Source of the DNA: an uncultured Bacilli bacterium
Lineage (GTDB): Bacteria > Bacillota_I > Bacilli_A > RF39 > UBA660
Assembly: GCA_910576795.1 (NCBI GenBank)
Contig: CAJTIX010000002.1
Span: 43,372-107,371 of the forward strand
DNA length: 64,000 nt
Direction: 5' to 3'
Of this stretch, positions 58,391-64,000 are shown piece after piece (within the stretch, counting starts at the first letter, position 1; the number at the start of each line of letters is the position of its first letter). Under the pieces are notes generated by a model. The model did no database searches. It saw only the letters and a program-made list of their open reading frames with translations, and was not told where the DNA came from. The position numbers were made by a program, and so were the translations under genes.

Positions 58391-58523
58391 TTCAAGTCCA
58401 TATTAATAATAACTGAAAAAGTACATTCTTTGTTCAAAATTCCTGTTAATAATAGGAATTATATCTGCGAAAATTAAAATGTAATGGAGACAATATAGTA
58501 ACTGTTACATAAAGGAGAAGAGA

Positions 58524-58787
58524 ATGCTAACAGAATTACAGAATAAAAGAAAAAAACATAATTATTCATTACAAGCCATGGCAAATAAATTACATATTAG
58601 TAAAACATATTACTGGCAACTCGAACAAGATAATAGGAGATTGCCTTATGATCTTGCAGTAAAAATGGCTACAGTTTTACATTGCACAACAGATGAATTA
58701 TTTGCTAACTACTATATGGAAAATTTAGAATTGAAAGGGGAGAGGTGCTATGTTAATGAAGTTAAGAAAAATAAGAAAGCGAAATGA
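58524..58787 (+). CDS. XRE-family HTH regulator
   Basis: HTH_XRE-like 87 aa. Confidence 0.55.
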   Translation: MLTELQNKRKKHNYSLQAMANKLHISKTYYWQLEQDNRRLPYDLAVKMATVLHCTTDELFANYYMENLELKGERCYVNEVKKNKKAK

Positions 58788-58950
58788 TATTACAATTTAT
58801 GATATGGCTAGTTATCTTAATATTACGCCATCTTTTTATAGTCAAATTGAAAATGGGAAAAGAAGACTATTTTATGATACTGCGATTCGCATTGCTTGCT
58901 TTTTTGGAGTAATGCCAAGTGAATTATTTGAAAGTAGGGGAGAAAATTAG
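58750..58950 (+). CDS. XRE-family HTH regulator
   Basis: ITIYDMASYLNITPSFYSQIENGKR HTH. Confidence 0.55.
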   Translation: MLMKLRKIRKRNDITIYDMASYLNITPSFYSQIENGKRRLFYDTAIRIACFFGVMPSELFESRGEN

Positions 58951-58952
58951 AA

Positions 58953-59297
58953 ATGTTTTGTCTGACATTGTATGGGGATTTAAAACCTACTTTAACAAGG
59001 GAGATGTTAAAGTTAGAAAGAGAGGAAATTCTGTATGACACGATTATTAACTTAATTGTGTTCCATGGTATTCTTTATATTCAATATTATGGTGGGTTTC
59101 CTGTTCGTATTTTTAGAATGCGAATCAAACAAATTTTAAAAGAATACAAAATTCCAAGTAGATTACATAATGAAATTACACAAGATATTTTTAAGATTTT
59201 GAAAAATCAATATGGTGTTCAATATCGTAAGTTAGATATTCATATGTACAGTCAACAAGTATTAGAAGAAATGAAAAATATTTCGTTTAAAATTTAA
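58953..59297 (+). CDS. Hypothetical protein
   Basis: 114-aa ORF. Confidence 0.4.
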   Translation: MFCLTLYGDLKPTLTREMLKLEREEILYDTIINLIVFHGILYIQYYGGFPVRIFRMRIKQILKEYKIPSRLHNEITQDIFKILKNQYGVQYRKLDIHMYSQQVLEEMKNISFKI

Positions 59298-59384
59298 GAA
59301 TAAAATGAGGAATCAAAAAAGAAATCCTGTTTGCATTATAAAGGATTTCTTTTAATTCACGATTAATATTTTAGTGAAATAAAT

Positions 59385-60695
59385 TTAATGAATTCTAGAA
59401 TTATCGTTTTCTCTAGCAAGGTTCTTATCAAAGTTATTTAAATTATTTTGTATGGATTCAGATCTTTTTCTAATTTCTTTACAATAATCATCATATTTAC
59501 GATACTTTTTGATATTTGGCTGAATTGAATTGATTTCAGCAAGTATTTTAGATTTATCTTCTTCAGTTTTTGCTCTATGATATCGTTTCCACAAATTTTC
59601 TCTTTTACCCATAAGATTCCTATATTTTTCATAGTTATTTTTAGCAAATTCTTCTAAATCTTCTTTCGTTTCAATTTTATGTGCTATCATAAATCTTGTT
59701 TGTTCTGAAAATGAATCTAACTTCTTAATTTCTTGTCTTATGGAATAAGGAAGATATTGTTTTGGGTGTTCCTTTGGAAATCTATCTAAAAGGTAGCAAT
59801 AATATAGATATAATCCATAAATTCCTTTATGATGATTGTTCGTTTTTACTAAATATTCTTGGAAGATTGACTTTTGGGAGATAGGTTTAAAAGCAATTTG
59901 CTTTGAATAGTATAATCGTTCATTAATTCTATCTTTGGAATAATCACTCCCAAATGTCCTTTCAATTCTAACCTTATCACAACCCTCTTTATAAATAGTA
60001 ATTATTCCATTACGTGAGTAGGCTTTATAACCTAATAATTTCATTCTTTCCATAACTTGTTTGAGTGTAACTGAATAACGAATAATACTATCTAAATCAT
60101 CTTTAAGTATTTTATAATAATCATTATCCATTACTTTATGCTTATAAGTGTTTTTATAGCCTATATCTTCATCAAGTGTGCTTAATCCATATTCAGAACA
60201 TAGTGAATCAGATATTTGTCTTAACTTGGCTAGGTTAGTACGGTTATTGTTGTATTTTTTGCCTGTCCTAAATGAGACAGAGTTTATTATGAAGTGGTTG
60301 TGAATGTGATTTGTATTTTGGTGTGTAGCGACAACCACTTCATAATCTCTAAACATTTCTTCTGCAAATTTTACTCCAATTTCATGAGCAATATCAGCAG
60401 TAACTTCGCCCTCCTTGAAAGATTGATAAGCATGAAAGGCAAGAATTCCATTTGTTTTATGATATTGCTCTTTTGTGAATTGCATATCCTTATAGGGGGT
60501 TATTTCAGAACAATTCAAACAACTTACATAGTGTGTTTTTTCCATTTTATAGTTGTATTCTTTGTCAGTATATAACTCTAAATAATTATAGTTATTTTTA
60601 TCATAGTCTTCATTGATAGTTTTTTGAGGGTTAATGATATAATTTATAGATTGTTTTAAATTGTTTTTAATACTCCAAATTGATGTTGTTGCCAT
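59385..60695 (-). CDS. Relaxase/mobilization nuclease (MobA/VirD2-like)
   Basis: THQNTNHIHNHFIIN histidine-triad motif and upstream catalytic region. Confidence 0.7.
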   Translation of the reverse strand: MATTSIWSIKNNLKQSINYIINPQKTINEDYDKNNYNYLELYTDKEYNYKMEKTHYVSCLNCSEITPYKDMQFTKEQYHKTNGILAFHAYQSFKEGEVTADIAHEIGVKFAEEMFRDYEVVVATHQNTNHIHNHFIINSVSFRTGKKYNNNRTNLAKLRQISDSLCSEYGLSTLDEDIGYKNTYKHKVMDNDYYKILKDDLDSIIRYSVTLKQVMERMKLLGYKAYSRNGIITIYKEGCDKVRIERTFGSDYSKDRINERLYYSKQIAFKPISQKSIFQEYLVKTNNHHKGIYGLYLYYCYLLDRFPKEHPKQYLPYSIRQEIKKLDSFSEQTRFMIAHKIETKEDLEEFAKNNYEKYRNLMGKRENLWKRYHRAKTEEDKSKILAEINSIQPNIKKYRKYDDYCKEIRKRSESIQNNLNNFDKNLARENDNSRIH

Positions 60696-60770
60696 AATTA
60701 AGGTTTAGCCTTTCTAAAGAGGGGATTTATATGGTGGGAGTATAAATCCGTTGCTTGCTTATAGATAATG

Positions 60771-61121
60771 TTAGACATATACTAACTCTTTCAATATGGT
60801 TTCTTCTGCCATATTTTTATAATTATTTGAGAGTTTTACCCATTCCATTTGATTCGTTTCCTTATTTTTTTCAGATAGTAGTTTATCAGATTTTTGATAA
60901 TGTTCCATTAGAACGTTCAGTCTATCTTCTGCCTCTTTACTTACTGAAAAAAGATGACTCATCAATTTATCTTGGATCAGCAAAGCCGTGTAAAGGCCTT
61001 GCTTATGCTCTTTTAAATAATCCAATCGTAAGTAACCATACTTATTTAGATTTCCTTTTTGTTGATTCACTTTTAAATTGGGTAATAAATAATCACCAAC
61101 TTTTGTATAATTTAATTTCAT
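60771..61121 (-). CDS. Hypothetical protein (mobilization accessory?)
   Basis: 116-aa ORF between relaxase and recombinase. Confidence 0.4.
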   Translation of the reverse strand: MKLNYTKVGDYLLPNLKVNQQKGNLNKYGYLRLDYLKEHKQGLYTALLIQDKLMSHLFSVSKEAEDRLNVLMEHYQKSDKLLSEKNKETNQMEWVKLSNNYKNMAEETILKELVYV

Positions 61122-61123
61122 TT

Positions 61124-63228
<2,105 letters not shown>

Positions 63229-63292
63229 TCATTTTTGGATTTTTGAAAGGCACCAAATTGGTGTCACATAACAAGAACACCAATTGTATCAA

Positions 63293-63565
63293 TTAATGCC
63301 TTGCTATGTATTCTGATAATTCAGCGAGTGGGATTTTCTTTTCTAAATTCCCTATGTAAAAATAATTTTGGTCATTGAAGAATAAGTACAACTTATTATC
63401 AATAATCACTTTGTGTGGTTCCACGTATGCGATATTTGTGTGTTCCACGATTCGTAAGCAACCCTCTGTAATTTGACAACGTTTGCTATTAAATTTGCAA
63501 GACCATTTGATTTTGGCTTTGAGTTCATCACTCATATTGATTTTCTTTTTTACAATATTAATCAT
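63293..63565 (-). CDS. Hypothetical protein
   Basis: 90-aa ORF. Confidence 0.4.
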   Translation of the reverse strand: MINIVKKKINMSDELKAKIKWSCKFNSKRCQITEGCLRIVEHTNIAYVEPHKVIIDNKLYLFFNDQNYFYIGNLEKKIPLAELSEYIARH

Positions 63566-63681
63566 AATACATCACACCTTTCTTGACTAGGTCTCTCACA
63601 AGACTTTTAGTCGACAAAAAAATCAATCTTTTCAGATTGACTTAATCAATTAACGTCACTTGGTGCGACGGATTTACCTTT

Positions 63682-63755
63682 TGGAGCAGATGATGAGAAT
63701 CGAACTCACGCAGTCAGCTTGGAAGGCTGAGGTTCTACCATTAAACTACATCTGC
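63682..63755 (-). tRNA. tRNA-Gly (anticodon UCC)
   Basis: Manual cloverleaf on minus strand: GCAGATG/CATCTGC acceptor, anticodon arm TCAGC-CTTCCAA-GCTGA, T-loop TTCGATT, CCA. Confidence 0.8.
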
Positions 63756-64000
63756 AATTTAGTAGGCACTTCTAATTATACTAGAAATTGAATGAATGTC
63801 AATCATTTTTCTAAAAAAAACGAAAATCTTCAAATTCATCATATCTATTTCTATCAATATTATATGAAAACAATCAAAAAAGATGTAAAAAAATTTAAAT
63901 ATTGATATAATAGAGAAGATTATCGATAGGAAAGAATATAATAGAATTGAAAAAAGTGTAAATATATAGTATAATCAAAATACGGAAGTGAGGGTACTTA

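Overview
AT-rich Firmicutes-type chromosome segment (about 30% GC). Host genes ogt and tag, with a tRNA-Gln, lie at 33-1336. A siphovirus-like temperate prophage of about 41 kb sits at 1321-42292, integrated into the 3' end of tRNA-Gln; the 20-bp direct repeat cgaactggggcagccaaata occurs at 1321-1340 and again at 42273-42292. Prophage gene order is: tyrosine integrase; lysogeny cargo; CI/Cro switch with palindromic operators; Xis-like gene; iteron origin; RecT/SSB/MBL/RuvC recombination-replication module; two DNA methyltransferases; many small early ORFs; ArpU-like late regulator; two phage tRNAs; TerS/TerL/portal/MuF/scaffold/capsid; a third tRNA; head-tail and tail genes (tape measure, 1061-aa fibre with S74 chaperone domain); XhlA/holin/CHAP-CW_7 endolysin. 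Between the lysis cassette and attR the prophage carries a cargo island: a MazF/PemK-like toxin-domain fusion protein, a strongly promoted and terminated structured sRNA with repeated GC-rich hairpins, two small proteins and an orphan LytTR response regulator. Downstream host genes are PadR, a DUF1700-like membrane protein, UppP, an Rpn/PDDEXK transposase-like gene, MntP/YtaF-like, TetR, and a 1279-aa MMPL plus YhgE/Pip-like protein. A second mobile region (about 53.1-63.7 kb) carries DUF3800; a tight 3-gene operon (476-aa protein with a C-terminal HEPN-like Rx4H motif, HNH-like nuclease, small serine hydrolase); five XRE regulators; a relaxase; and a large serine recombinase broken by a homopolymer frameshift. 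It ends next to tRNA-Gly. All calls come from reading the sequence and recognising motifs; no database search was possible.
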